Source: Rhodoluna sp.
GTDB taxonomy: Bacteria > Actinomycetota > Actinomycetes > Actinomycetales > Microbacteriaceae
Length of the DNA: 64,000 bases
Direction: 5' to 3'
NCBI GenBank assembly: GCA_021741685.1
Contig: JAIOXI010000002.1
Location: 604-64,603, forward strand
The position numbers were made by a program, and so were the translations under genes. The notes under the pieces were generated by a model. The model did not search any database. It was not told the DNA's origin and worked only from the letters and a program-made list of their open reading frames with translations. This document shows positions 47,748 to 56,946 of this stretch, piece by piece. Within the stretch, counting starts at the first letter, position 1. Each line of letters opens with the position of its first letter.

Positions 47748-48512
47748 ATGGCTAAGCCGTACCTCTCCCCTGCTGAGTTCAGGCTGTTTGCCCATCGAGG
47801 GCTTCAGGTCGGTCTTGCGGGTGAACCTATAGACGAAAACACCGAACCCGCGTTCGCGAGGGCCTTGGCGGCCGGTGCAACCTATCTCGAAGTTGATGTG
47901 AGAGCTAGCCGCGACGGCGTTTCGGTGGTCTGTCACGACGAGACCCTTCTGCGAGTGGCTGGTGCAGAGGTCAAGGTGAGAGATCTCGACTGGAGGGAAC
48001 TGGCCGCTATCCCCCTGAATAACGGCGCCAGGATGATGTCACTCGAGCAACTGCTGGTTGGTTTTGAGTTGGCCAAGGTAAACATCGACATCAAAAGCAT
48101 GGATGCCGCCGCGGCAACCGCAGAGGTCATCACCAGACTCAAGGCTCACGACAGGGTGCTCGTGTCTAGCTTCAGTGAGAAGAGGCGCCTGGCTACTGTT
48201 CGGCTAGTGCCTGATGTTGCCACCTCTGGCTCGGCGGTGAGACTGCTCATGACCTGGTTCGCCCACAAGGTCGGCTCGGCAGCTCTGCTGCGCACAGCGC
48301 TCAGAGGGCTCGACGCCTTGCAGATTCCGACCTCGAGTGGCCCACTGCGATTCGATAGCGAGAGCTTCATTCGTGCTGTTAGGTCGCAGGCTGTCGAGGT
48401 GCACTACTGGACGATAAATGACCCTGCAATCGCGCTCGAGTTACGCGCTCGCGGAGCCAATGGCGTGGTCAGCGACCGCATCGATCTGATTGCAGCCGCG
48501 CTCGCGGAATAA
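47748..48512 (+). CDS. Glycerophosphodiester phosphodiesterase
   Basis: FAHRG, ENT..AF, EVDV..SRDG..VV.HD, NIDIK, WTIND, GVVSD; AGGAG RBS. Confidence 0.92.
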   Translation: MAKPYLSPAEFRLFAHRGLQVGLAGEPIDENTEPAFARALAAGATYLEVDVRASRDGVSVVCHDETLLRVAGAEVKVRDLDWRELAAIPLNNGARMMSLEQLLVGFELAKVNIDIKSMDAAAATAEVITRLKAHDRVLVSSFSEKRRLATVRLVPDVATSGSAVRLLMTWFAHKVGSAALLRTALRGLDALQIPTSSGPLRFDSESFIRAVRSQAVEVHYWTINDPAIALELRARGANGVVSDRIDLIAAALAE

Positions 48513-48531
48513 AGCGAAACTTCTCTGGGTT
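48506..48531 (+). promoter_or_regulatory. SigR/SigH-type ECF promoter of rbpA
   Basis: Exact GGAAT-N18-GTT ending 41 bp upstream of the rbpA start. Confidence 0.7.
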
Positions 48532-48572
48532 TAACAAGTTCGGTCACAAAATGACCAAACTCAGGAGGAAAA

Positions 48573-48935
48573 GTGTCAGAGCAAACAATGCGCGGCATGC
48601 GTCTCGGTTCGCAGAGCCTAGAGAACGAAGTCAATGTCAACTTGGCTAAACGCAGCAAACACTCGTTTATCTGTGGAGATAACCACACCACCGAGATTGT
48701 CTTCGCCGCTGAAGCAGACCTACCAGAGACCTGGCAGTGCAGGCAATGCTCTCAGCTTGCGGCAATTGTCACCGACGGAAAACACATCGAATTAGAAGTT
48801 CTCAACAATCGCCCCGGCCGTAGTCACTACGAGATGCTCCTGGAGCGACGCTCGACAGAAGAACTTGAAGAAATCTTGAAAGAGCGAATCGCTTACATCA
48901 AGGGACGCCGCGCACTAGGCAAGGCAGAGCTCTAA
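48573..48935 (+). CDS. rbpA: RNA polymerase-binding protein RbpA
   Basis: RGMRLGSQS.E, C...H...WQCRQC, HYEMLLERRS.EELEE.L.ER. Confidence 0.95.
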   Translation: MSEQTMRGMRLGSQSLENEVNVNLAKRSKHSFICGDNHTTEIVFAAEADLPETWQCRQCSQLAAIVTDGKHIELEVLNNRPGRSHYEMLLERRSTEELEEILKERIAYIKGRRALGKAEL

Positions 48936-49666
48936 ATATTCTTACCTAACAGGCGGGCCACTCCCCACCTGGTGACCAGCCATAGTGCCTCGAGCACTAT
49001 GGCTGTATTCATTTTCGAAACACCGTGCTCGCGCTCGACGAATGTGATGGCAACTTCTTTTGCGCTAGCGCCCATCGCGATGCTGCGAAATGTCATTTCA
49101 ACTTGAAACGAATAACCCTGGGATGCAATTCGTTCAAGGGGTAAACGTTTGAGCAGATCGACTTTGTAAACCCTGAAACCGGCGGTCATATCGCGAATGT
49201 CTGTCTTCAGCAGAAGCCTTGCGTAGAGGTTGCCGGTTTGCGAAACAAGCTTGCGAGCAATCGGCCAATTGATAACTTTGCCACCGGGAATCCAGCGTGA
49301 TCCAATCACCAAATCGAATTCCGATTCTTCTAGCAGTCTGGGCAGGTCCTCTGCACGGTGACTGCCGTCGGCGTCCATCTCGACAACACGCCAATAGCCG
49401 CGCTCGAAAGCCCAGTTGAAGCCAGCCAGATAGGCCGGGCCGAGACCGGCTTTGTTCGGGCGCTGCAAGAGAAACAGGCGGTTCTTGAATCGGCCCATGG
49501 CTTCTAGAACCAGGTCGGCCGTGCCATCTGGACTGTTGTCATCGACCACTAAGAGCTGCACTTCTGGATTGAATTTGAAGAGCTGTTCAATAGACCGAAC
49601 GATGTTGGACCGTTCGTTATAGGTGGGCATGATCACCAGGGTCTGGTTGACCTGGCCTTTCTTCAC
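48932..49666 (-). CDS. ppm1: Polyprenol monophosphomannose synthase (GT2)
   Basis: MPTYNE, VVDDNSPDGT, GLGPAY.AGF, MDADGSH, GSRW, ERE.G.SKM; adjacent to lnt. Confidence 0.92.
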   Translation of the reverse strand: MKKGQVNQTLVIMPTYNERSNIVRSIEQLFKFNPEVQLLVVDDNSPDGTADLVLEAMGRFKNRLFLLQRPNKAGLGPAYLAGFNWAFERGYWRVVEMDADGSHRAEDLPRLLEESEFDLVIGSRWIPGGKVINWPIARKLVSQTGNLYARLLLKTDIRDMTAGFRVYKVDLLKRLPLERIASQGYSFQVEMTFRSIAMGASAKEVAITFVEREHGVSKMNTAIVLEALWLVTRWGVARLLGKNI

Positions 49667-51204
49667 GATGCACTCCCCCTGCGTCTGCGCAGCGAAATGA
49701 CAAGTGTGTAAATAAAGATTCCGAGGGCAGCAAAATTGTTTGAGATTTCGAGTGTCGAACCAATCAACATGGCCGGTGTCTGACTTGTTCGCAGCGGCAG
49801 GTTCTCTCGCATGATGTCTGCCGTATAGGTTTCGAGCTGCTGCACAACTTCGCCGGTTGGCGAAATCATGGCCGAAGTTCCGACCGTGCTGATGTTGATA
49901 AACGCTCTTCCGGTTTCTATGGCGCGCAGTTTTGCGATAGCGAGCTGTTGATCTGATTGATTAGTTCTGCCGAAGTCTGCGTTATTGGTCTGAGCAATCA
50001 AGATAGTTGCGCCCTGCGACACAAGCTCTCTAGAAATGTCGTCTACTGCAACCTCGAAACAAATCATGGTTCCGACTTTGTTATCTGCCACTTCGAATAT
50101 TCCATCTCGAGTTCCAAAAGAATATCCGCGCGGAATCATATCTATTAGGTCAGGCGCTAGCAGCCTCCAGAAGGCTCGGTCAGGAACGTACTCGCCAAAA
50201 GCCACCGGGCGCTTCTTGTCATAAAAGTCTGCCTCACCAGTTTTAGGTTGCCAAAGCAACGACGAGTTAAAAAATTGCTCGTCACGTTCGGTTATGGTTC
50301 CAAACATCAGCGGAGCATCGATTGTGTCGACAAACTTAGAGATAGCTAACTCGGCATCCTGATATAACTGCGGGTTCTTATCTGCCGCGTTTTCTGGCCA
50401 AACCACCAAATCTGGCCCTGGCTGCTCACCTATTAGCGGCGTGCTGGCGTTTAGGTGATTCTGCAGAATCTTGCCGAGCGGTTCATAAACCAAGAGCCCA
50501 GCCTTGGCATTGCCCTGCACTGCCGCAACATCCAGTGAGCCGACTTCGGCCTTGGCATCGAGCGGGGTGAATGCCGGAACAGCAACCACGAAAAGCAATG
50601 CCGCTGCGGTGGCTGATTTGCGCCACTGAGCAATAGCCAGCTCTCGGTAGCCGAAAAGCAAAAGAGCCACCGCAAAAACTAATACGAAGCTGAGCAAAGA
50701 GTTTCCGCCCCAAAACACCCAAGGTGCCAGCGCAGAGTTCGACTGAGAAAGAGAAACCCTTGACCACGGAAAGCCTCCGTATGGAACAGTCATCGCGACC
50801 CACTCGCGCGCAGTCCAGAGCGATGCGATCACAAGCGCCTTTGAGGCGGTTGCAAAGAATGACGGCATCCAAGCGCTCATGGCCCTGAAGGCCAGAGCTA
50901 AGGCCCAGCTGCCGGCCGCAAAGACAAGGCCCTCAAGAACCGAGAGCGCTAACCAAGGCACCGGTCCCAGATAGATCGTCATCCAAGGAATTTGAGAGGC
51001 ATAGAAGGCCACGCCTGAGACAAAGCCCACCAGCAGTGCCTGAGCGGGTTTGACAATTGAAATCGCATAGAGAATCAGGCCGATGGCCACGAAGATCGCA
51101 ATCCAGATCGAATTGCTCGGGTACGCGAGAGAGGAAACCAAGCCACCAGCCACGCCGATGAGGCTTGCGAGGGCTAGTCGAGATTTCGAGTTGGTCACGA
51201 GCAA
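49663..51204 (-). CDS. lnt: Apolipoprotein N-acyltransferase
   Basis: Multi-TM N-terminus, GGFPW, nitrilase triad WPEN / YDKKRP / ICFE, TNNA.F, RAIETGR. Confidence 0.95.
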   Translation of the reverse strand: MLVTNSKSRLALASLIGVAGGLVSSLAYPSNSIWIAIFVAIGLILYAISIVKPAQALLVGFVSGVAFYASQIPWMTIYLGPVPWLALSVLEGLVFAAGSWALALAFRAMSAWMPSFFATASKALVIASLWTAREWVAMTVPYGGFPWSRVSLSQSNSALAPWVFWGGNSLLSFVLVFAVALLLFGYRELAIAQWRKSATAAALLFVVAVPAFTPLDAKAEVGSLDVAAVQGNAKAGLLVYEPLGKILQNHLNASTPLIGEQPGPDLVVWPENAADKNPQLYQDAELAISKFVDTIDAPLMFGTITERDEQFFNSSLLWQPKTGEADFYDKKRPVAFGEYVPDRAFWRLLAPDLIDMIPRGYSFGTRDGIFEVADNKVGTMICFEVAVDDISRELVSQGATILIAQTNNADFGRTNQSDQQLAIAKLRAIETGRAFINISTVGTSAMISPTGEVVQQLETYTADIMRENLPLRTSQTPAMLIGSTLEISNNFAALGIFIYTLVISLRRRRGSAS

Positions 51205-51214
51205 AGCCTATTTG

Positions 51215-53653
51215 CTAGCCGTAGTAGCTGTAAGCGACAATGCCGCGCTTGACCGCATCGACGGCCTGTTTGGCGGTGTCGGCAAGTTTTGCATCTTGGG
51301 TTTGGGCAATCTGGTCGAGGAGATCAATTACCTGTTTTGACCAGCGAATGAAATCTCCGGCTAGAAGGTCGGCCAAATCGAGAACAGTGTCGAGTCTCGC
51401 ACCAGATGCCCAACGGTAAAAGGCGAAACTAATCGCAAAGTCGAGCGGTTCGGTGCTTGGCAACTTGTATTTCTTCGATAGCGATTCGAGCTGCCACCAC
51501 ATGTCGACGGTCTTTTCTGCGTATTCGACGAAGTTACCTTTCGGCATGCGGCTCTCAAATTCTTCATCGCGTCTGGCTTCGTAGACAAGTGCAGCCGCCA
51601 TTGCTGCCAAAGCGGCTGCATCCATGCCCTGCCAAACCGAATGGCGCAGACATTCTGAAATCAGCAGGTCGCGATCACCGTAGATACGAGCAAGCGTCTT
51701 TCCACTTTCAAGAACTGTTGCATCGTCGGCTTCAAGCTCGATGTATTCAAGGTCGGCGAGCAGTTCACAAAGTTTGTCGAAGGTTCGAGCCACCTGATTG
51801 GTGCGACCTTCGATTTGTGAAAGCGCCGAGTCTAGTTCTCGCTTTAGCTTGAAATATCGCTCTGCCCATCTCGCGTGTGCTTCACGCTCATTGCAGGTGT
51901 GGCAGGCGTGATGCTTTATGTCGGCCTTCAACTTCTGAAGGTGGCGCTCTTTTTCATTACGACTCTTTGAAGCGCGAATGTCTTTGCCGCGCTCGGATCT
52001 GGTTCTATTCGACGCCAGCTCGCGCTCGATGTCACTAATCTCACGACGCATTGATGCATAGCCCATGAAGTCGCCAAGATGGCAGGTCATTGACTTTGCG
52101 TAGCCGTCGACCGAGACCTGTTTCTCTCGCAGACCCTTAGCCAAGCCGACTACCGAACGGTCAGCTTGAAATTGGGCGAAAGAAAACTCCAGCACTTCAC
52201 GTGCCCTATTTCTTCCGAATGCCTCGATCAGGTTGACGGCCATGTTGTGAGTCGGCCTAAAGGCGCTGACCAGAGGATAGGTTCTCTTGCTGGCAAGGCC
52301 CGCTACCGAATTCGGGTCGAGGTTTGCCGACCACTGAATAACCGAGTGCCCCTCGGTGTCGATGCCTCGGCGGCCAGCTCGGCCGGTGTATTGGGTGTAC
52401 TCGCCAGGAGTTATTTGCACCCGACCCTCGCCATTGAACTTGTCGAGCCGATCTAGAACCACTGTGCGGGCAGGCATGTTGATTCCGAGCGAGAGAGTCT
52501 CGGTGGCAAACACAACCCTCACCAACTTGCGCAGAAACAGCTCTTCGACGACCTCTTTGAAGGCGGGCAACATTCCGGCGTGGTGGGCCGCCACTCCCCT
52601 TTCGAGCGCAGCTAGCCACTCAAAGTAGCCAAGGGTGTCGAGGTCTTCGTCGGCAATGTTGTAGCACTTTTCTTCGACAACTCGCCGGATCTCTTGCTTC
52701 TCTTCTGTTGTGGTTAGTCGCACCGACGAGTTCTGGCAGGCTTTGACCGCCGCCTCGCAACCTGCTCTAGAGAAGATGAAGAAGATCGCCGGAAGCATAT
52801 CGTTTTCATCGAGTACTTCGACGATTTCCGGTTTCGAAAGTTTGTGAATGAGACCCTGATTTCGCGGAGCTCCAGGATATCCGCCGCGGCCGCGCATCGG
52901 GCGATTAGTTGGTTGCCGAAGTTTCTGCGCATGTTTTTGAGCTAGGTCAGGGTTGACCCGAACCGAGCCCTCTGACTCCTCAAATAGATTCATCAATTCT
53001 GAACCAAACAGCACGTGTTGATTGAGCGGAACCGGACGATGTTCGCTCACGATGACTTTTGTATCGCCTCTAACTTCATCTAGCCATGCACCAAACTCTT
53101 CGGCGTTTGACACGGTTGCGCTCAGTGAAACTATCTTGACGTCTTTCGGCAGGTGAAGAATGACTTCTTCCCAAACCGCTCCCCTGAACCTGTCTGCGAG
53201 ATAGTGCACTTCATCCATGACCACGAATCCCAGCGAAATCAGGTTGTTGCTGTTGGCATAAATCATGTTTCGCAGCACCTCGGTTGTCATCACGACAATC
53301 TGGGCGTCGGCGTTTTGATTGGTGTCTCCGGTCAGCAAACCGACCCGGTCTGCACCATAACGAGTCATTAATTCGAGATACTTCTGATTGCTCAGCGCCT
53401 TGATCGGCGTCGTATAAAAAACTTTCTGATTGGTCTCGATTGCAAGATGTATCGCAAACTCACCAACTATTGTTTTTCCGGCACCGGTAGGCGCAGCTAC
53501 CAATACTCCGCTTCCAGCGGCTAGTGCGGTGCATGCCTCGACTTGGAAGTCATCTAGGCCAAATGAAATTGTGTCGAGAAATGCTGTCAGCGACCGCGGT
53601 TGTTTGGTTGCCTTGGCTTTAGCAAAGCGCTCCGCCGGGCTCAGATCGTCCAC
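51215..53653 (-). CDS. helY: Ski2-like DEAD/DEAH-box RNA helicase HelY
   Basis: APTGAGKT, PIKALSNQK, DEVH, LSAT, HHAG, GRAGRRG, DSHCT-like C-terminus. Confidence 0.94.
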   Translation of the reverse strand: MDDLSPAERFAKAKATKQPRSLTAFLDTISFGLDDFQVEACTALAAGSGVLVAAPTGAGKTIVGEFAIHLAIETNQKVFYTTPIKALSNQKYLELMTRYGADRVGLLTGDTNQNADAQIVVMTTEVLRNMIYANSNNLISLGFVVMDEVHYLADRFRGAVWEEVILHLPKDVKIVSLSATVSNAEEFGAWLDEVRGDTKVIVSEHRPVPLNQHVLFGSELMNLFEESEGSVRVNPDLAQKHAQKLRQPTNRPMRGRGGYPGAPRNQGLIHKLSKPEIVEVLDENDMLPAIFFIFSRAGCEAAVKACQNSSVRLTTTEEKQEIRRVVEEKCYNIADEDLDTLGYFEWLAALERGVAAHHAGMLPAFKEVVEELFLRKLVRVVFATETLSLGINMPARTVVLDRLDKFNGEGRVQITPGEYTQYTGRAGRRGIDTEGHSVIQWSANLDPNSVAGLASKRTYPLVSAFRPTHNMAVNLIEAFGRNRAREVLEFSFAQFQADRSVVGLAKGLREKQVSVDGYAKSMTCHLGDFMGYASMRREISDIERELASNRTRSERGKDIRASKSRNEKERHLQKLKADIKHHACHTCNEREAHARWAERYFKLKRELDSALSQIEGRTNQVARTFDKLCELLADLEYIELEADDATVLESGKTLARIYGDRDLLISECLRHSVWQGMDAAALAAMAAALVYEARRDEEFESRMPKGNFVEYAEKTVDMWWQLESLSKKYKLPSTEPLDFAISFAFYRWASGARLDTVLDLADLLAGDFIRWSKQVIDLLDQIAQTQDAKLADTAKQAVDAVKRGIVAYSYYG

Positions 53654-54429
53654 TAGTCACCCGATTCAACGGGTGTAGCGCGCTTCGCCTTGATTCGATC
53701 GTGAAACCACGCAATTAACGCAGACAGCAGATACAAGAGAATCAACGGAACCATGACCAGAAGCATCGACATGGGGTCAGCCGTCGGCGTGGCAAGCGCC
53801 GCAACCAACGCAATCACGAGAACGGCGATGCGCCAAGACTTGATGATGCTCTTTGCGCTCAAAACGCCAATGAAGTTCAGTAGCAGCAAGACCACCGGCA
53901 TTACGAAAGTGATTCCAAACACCAAAAGTATCCTCAGAGCGAAAAGCACGTATTCGCTTGCGCTAATAACGTTTGCGCTGCCCTCGGGCGTGAATCCGAG
54001 CAGTGTGCGAACAAACGTCGGAAACGCCACCCAGGCCATCGCGCAACCGGCCAGAAACATCGGCACCGCGGTAAAAAGAAAAAACAGCGTGAATTTCTTT
54101 TCGCGCCGCTTTAGTGCTGGCGTGATGAAAGCCCAGAGTTGGTAGAGCCAAACCGGGCTTGATACAAAAACACCGAGAAAAATCGAAACTTGGATGCGAA
54201 GATCAAGAGCTCCGAGTACCGTGCCGAAGTTGACCGAAGCGTTGAGATCATCTTCTTTGGCGAGGTCGATTATCGGCTGCTGAAGAAGTGCAAACACCGG
54301 ATCGAATAGAAACCAACCAACGACCGCACCCGCCAGTACGAAGGCGGCGGACCAAACCAGTCGCTTTCTAAGTTCTATCAGGTGGCCCCTGAATGGCATT
54401 TTGCCTTCAGGGTTCTTTCGCCCAGCCAC
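53653..54429 (-). CDS. tatC: Twin-arginine translocase TatC
   Basis: M...HLIELRKR, YQLWAFITPAL, TPTADP. Confidence 0.97.
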   Translation of the reverse strand: MAGRKNPEGKMPFRGHLIELRKRLVWSAAFVLAGAVVGWFLFDPVFALLQQPIIDLAKEDDLNASVNFGTVLGALDLRIQVSIFLGVFVSSPVWLYQLWAFITPALKRREKKFTLFFLFTAVPMFLAGCAMAWVAFPTFVRTLLGFTPEGSANVISASEYVLFALRILLVFGITFVMPVVLLLLNFIGVLSAKSIIKSWRIAVLVIALVAALATPTADPMSMLLVMVPLILLYLLSALIAWFHDRIKAKRATPVESGD

Positions 54430-54626
54430 TACTTGTCAGAAGGCTTTTCGCCCTGCTCGGCCTCTGGCGTCTTCTCTGTCTTAGATTCGCCGGGTTTCAG
54501 CTCTTTTCGAAAAACGCGAATTGACTCGCCCATGCTCTTAGCCAGTCCAGGCAGCTTGGTCGCGCCAAATAGCAAAATCACAATCGCCAGAATGATGAGT
54601 AATTCTGGGCCACCTATGTTAGGCAT
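54429..54626 (-). CDS. tatA: Twin-arginine translocase TatA
   Basis: ELLIIL..V.LLFGATKLP.LAKS.G.S.R.FR; start at ATG 54626. Confidence 0.95.
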   Translation of the reverse strand: MPNIGGPELLIILAIVILLFGATKLPGLAKSMGESIRVFRKELKPGESKTEKTPEAEQGEKPSDK

Positions 54627-54951
54627 GTTTGCTCTCACTTTCCTGAGGGTGCTTCAACTTGTCTATAAGCCTACGCTGTCTCTGCTCGGCGGCTCGTGCG
54701 CGTCTTTTCAGCAGTTTTGCCCGTTCGATTAGATGCACATTGACGTCATCAAGCAAATTGTCGTTTGGCTTCTGATAGGTCGCGGTGGGTGCTAGCGTTT
54801 TGCTGAGAAGCACGAGCTGGTCTATCGCTGGCTGGGCAACCTTGAGCACACCTGCGCCCTTTTTGACTAGTCGATAGAGCAAGAAACCCAGGTAGGCAAG
54901 CGATGCGAGTACCAGCACGACCCACATCAGCAGTTGCACCCACCAGCTCAT
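54619..54951 (-). CDS. Hypothetical membrane-anchored protein between pafC and tatA
   Basis: N-terminal TM plus basic helical C-terminus; overlaps both neighbours. Confidence 0.75.
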   Translation of the reverse strand: MSWWVQLLMWVVLVLASLAYLGFLLYRLVKKGAGVLKVAQPAIDQLVLLSKTLAPTATYQKPNDNLLDDVNVHLIERAKLLKRRARAAEQRQRRLIDKLKHPQESESKHA

Positions 54952-55934
54952 TAGTCCTGCTCCGGCAGACCTTCGGGCTCTAGCCCGAGTGCGGTCAGAG
55001 CGTAGTTGCGAACCACCTGTCGAGCGTTCTCTGGAGCTAGAACACGTGCGGCACCGCCATACTGAGCAATTACACGACCGAGGTACGGAAGGTAACCAAT
55101 CTTGATTAGCGCCGTCACTGTGTTGTTTTTGCTGTCGGTTTTCAAGATCGTGGCAGCGAAGTCGCCTAACATCGCCTGCGCCTCTGGATCTACCTCAACA
55201 GTGACCTCAACATCACTCTCGCTGGCGATGTAAGCCTCATCGTCAATCTCTTGAATCGCTTTGGCTTCTTCGCAAATATCAACTTCGAGCTCTTTGGCCG
55301 CACGCATGTGATCGAGCCTAAAGTTGCGTAGCTGCTTGTTGGTAATGCAATATCCGCGCAGATACCAAATGTCTCCGTGCGGATCTAGGCGAATTGGATC
55401 AATTTGACGAACGCTCTGCTCACCACGGATGTTTCGGTACTCGCACTCGATTCGGTGATTGTTGAGCATGGCTCTGCGAATTTCTGCCGCGTCGGCATCG
55501 ACGGTTCCAGGTCTGAAGTGAATCGCTGCCGGAGCACTCTCGGTCGTTCCATTTGCCAGAATCTCGAGCAATTCGGCGATCTCTCCTTCGCTCGAAAACT
55601 CCGGAAGCGCTGACAGAATTCCAAGCCCAGCGGCAATCGCCGAAGCCTGCCGAGCTGACAGTCGCGGGGCATCGTCGATTACGTCAGCCTGTGAGAGATA
55701 GATTCTTCCATCTTCTTCGATATCGATGTAGTAGTAGGTCTCTTCGAAACTTGGGCTCTTTTGTGACGCCGTTGAGTTCAACGTAGTAATGGATTCTCGA
55801 ACGTATTCCTCAGTGACTTCGAAATGTGCCGCGACGGCCGAAATTTTGACGCCATAGTTTCGCATAAGAAAGCCGATTAGCGGCATCAGAAAGTTGTATC
55901 GTTCGCTTGCGTTTGGTCTTCCGGCTTTAGGCAT
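54951..55934 (-). CDS. pafC: HTH-WYL-WCX transcriptional regulator PafC
   Basis: AVAAHFEVT HTH, RQIDP.RL, WYLRGYC...RNFRLD, VLAPE; paired with pafB upstream of tatA. Confidence 0.88.
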   Translation of the reverse strand: MPKAGRPNASERYNFLMPLIGFLMRNYGVKISAVAAHFEVTEEYVRESITTLNSTASQKSPSFEETYYYIDIEEDGRIYLSQADVIDDAPRLSARQASAIAAGLGILSALPEFSSEGEIAELLEILANGTTESAPAAIHFRPGTVDADAAEIRRAMLNNHRIECEYRNIRGEQSVRQIDPIRLDPHGDIWYLRGYCITNKQLRNFRLDHMRAAKELEVDICEEAKAIQEIDDEAYIASESDVEVTVEVDPEAQAMLGDFAATILKTDSKNNTVTALIKIGYLPYLGRVIAQYGGAARVLAPENARQVVRNYALTALGLEPEGLPEQD

Positions 55935-56940
55935 GAGCTGCAGCCACCTTCTCGAAACCTAAGCGAATCGCTCGATCTAGAGCGGCTGGCTCTTCGACCG
56001 TGATCTCGCCGGCATAGTCTCGAAGCTCGTCTGCAAGCAGATCCAAATCCATGAATTGAATTTTGACTTCTTGCCACTCACTTTTGCTCGAACTCGGTGG
56101 ATCGAAATGAAACCAGGCCAGAGAGTCGCGCTTGACTTTCAAAACCGCAATGTTGTTCGCGATGTGTTTGTCTAAATCGGCTTGCAATTCGTCAATTTGC
56201 TGTTGTGTTGGTCGATCAAATTCTGTGTCACTGACCGTGACCCCCGAAACTATTCGTTTCAATAGAAAATTTCTAAAGCCGGCTTTATCCACATCCCAGC
56301 CTTGAACTAGCCATTGATTCTCGATGTGAGAGATCCGCCAAGGTTGTAGCGATCGCAGCTCGGCTTCACCCGAATTGGCCTTGCGGTATAAGAAACTCAC
56401 CTGCAAGCGCTCGGTTACGGCGTTTGTCAGCGGCACGAATGCGCGCGAATGAGTTTTAATTCGTGGTGCAAAGGCCGCGGTGATTGTGTTGGCAGAGGTT
56501 GCTCCGAGGGCGCGAAGTCGGTCGAGGCCGCTTGCCGCATCGCTCGATAACGATGCCTGACGCCAAACACTTGATGCCAATTGCAAGAGTTGCAATTGTT
56601 TCGTTGTAAGTTTCACGCCTTTAGGCCACTGGAATCCGCTCGGGTTTATCAGGTAGCGAGTCTCTTGATTGTCACCCATGTCAGAGTCAAGAATCACGGT
56701 CTCGAGTTTGATGCCGCTTTTCAGCAGGTCTTTCTTGTCGCGCTCGAACTTTCTGTTGAGTGCGTCAATCTTGATGCCGCCCTCGCGATCATTTCGGTAG
56801 TCACGGACGGCAACAAAAATTTCTTCTTTGGTCATGCCAATGCTGGTTGAAGCCAATAGCAGCGTTAGATTGAGCAGGCGTTCCGAAGGATCAGCTGCAT
56901 CACGCTGATATTCTTCATTTTCGTTCATGTTCTCCCCCAA
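55927..56940 (-). CDS. pafB: HTH-WYL-WCX transcriptional regulator PafB
   Basis: ERLLNL...LL, RKFERDK..L...GI, LQPW...W.VQGWD.D....RNF.L.RI. Confidence 0.9.
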   Translation of the reverse strand: MGENMNENEEYQRDAADPSERLLNLTLLLASTSIGMTKEEIFVAVRDYRNDREGGIKIDALNRKFERDKKDLLKSGIKLETVILDSDMGDNQETRYLINPSGFQWPKGVKLTTKQLQLLQLASSVWRQASLSSDAASGLDRLRALGATSANTITAAFAPRIKTHSRAFVPLTNAVTERLQVSFLYRKANSGEAELRSLQPWRISHIENQWLVQGWDVDKAGFRNFLLKRIVSGVTVSDTEFDRPTQQQIDELQADLDKHIANNIAVLKVKRDSLAWFHFDPPSSSKSEWQEVKIQFMDLDLLADELRDYAGEITVEEPAALDRAIRLGFEKVAAAHA

Positions 56941-56946
56941 TTTGCC

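Noticed and set aside
56285-56293. Perfect DnaA box TTATCCACA inside pafB
   Set aside because: A single copy within coding sequence is compatible with chance.
54951-56940. WYL-domain pair as a possible defence or CRISPR-associated regulator
   Set aside because: Sequence motifs and the FKBP-tatAC-helY context identify housekeeping PafBC; no cas, nuclease or array nearby.
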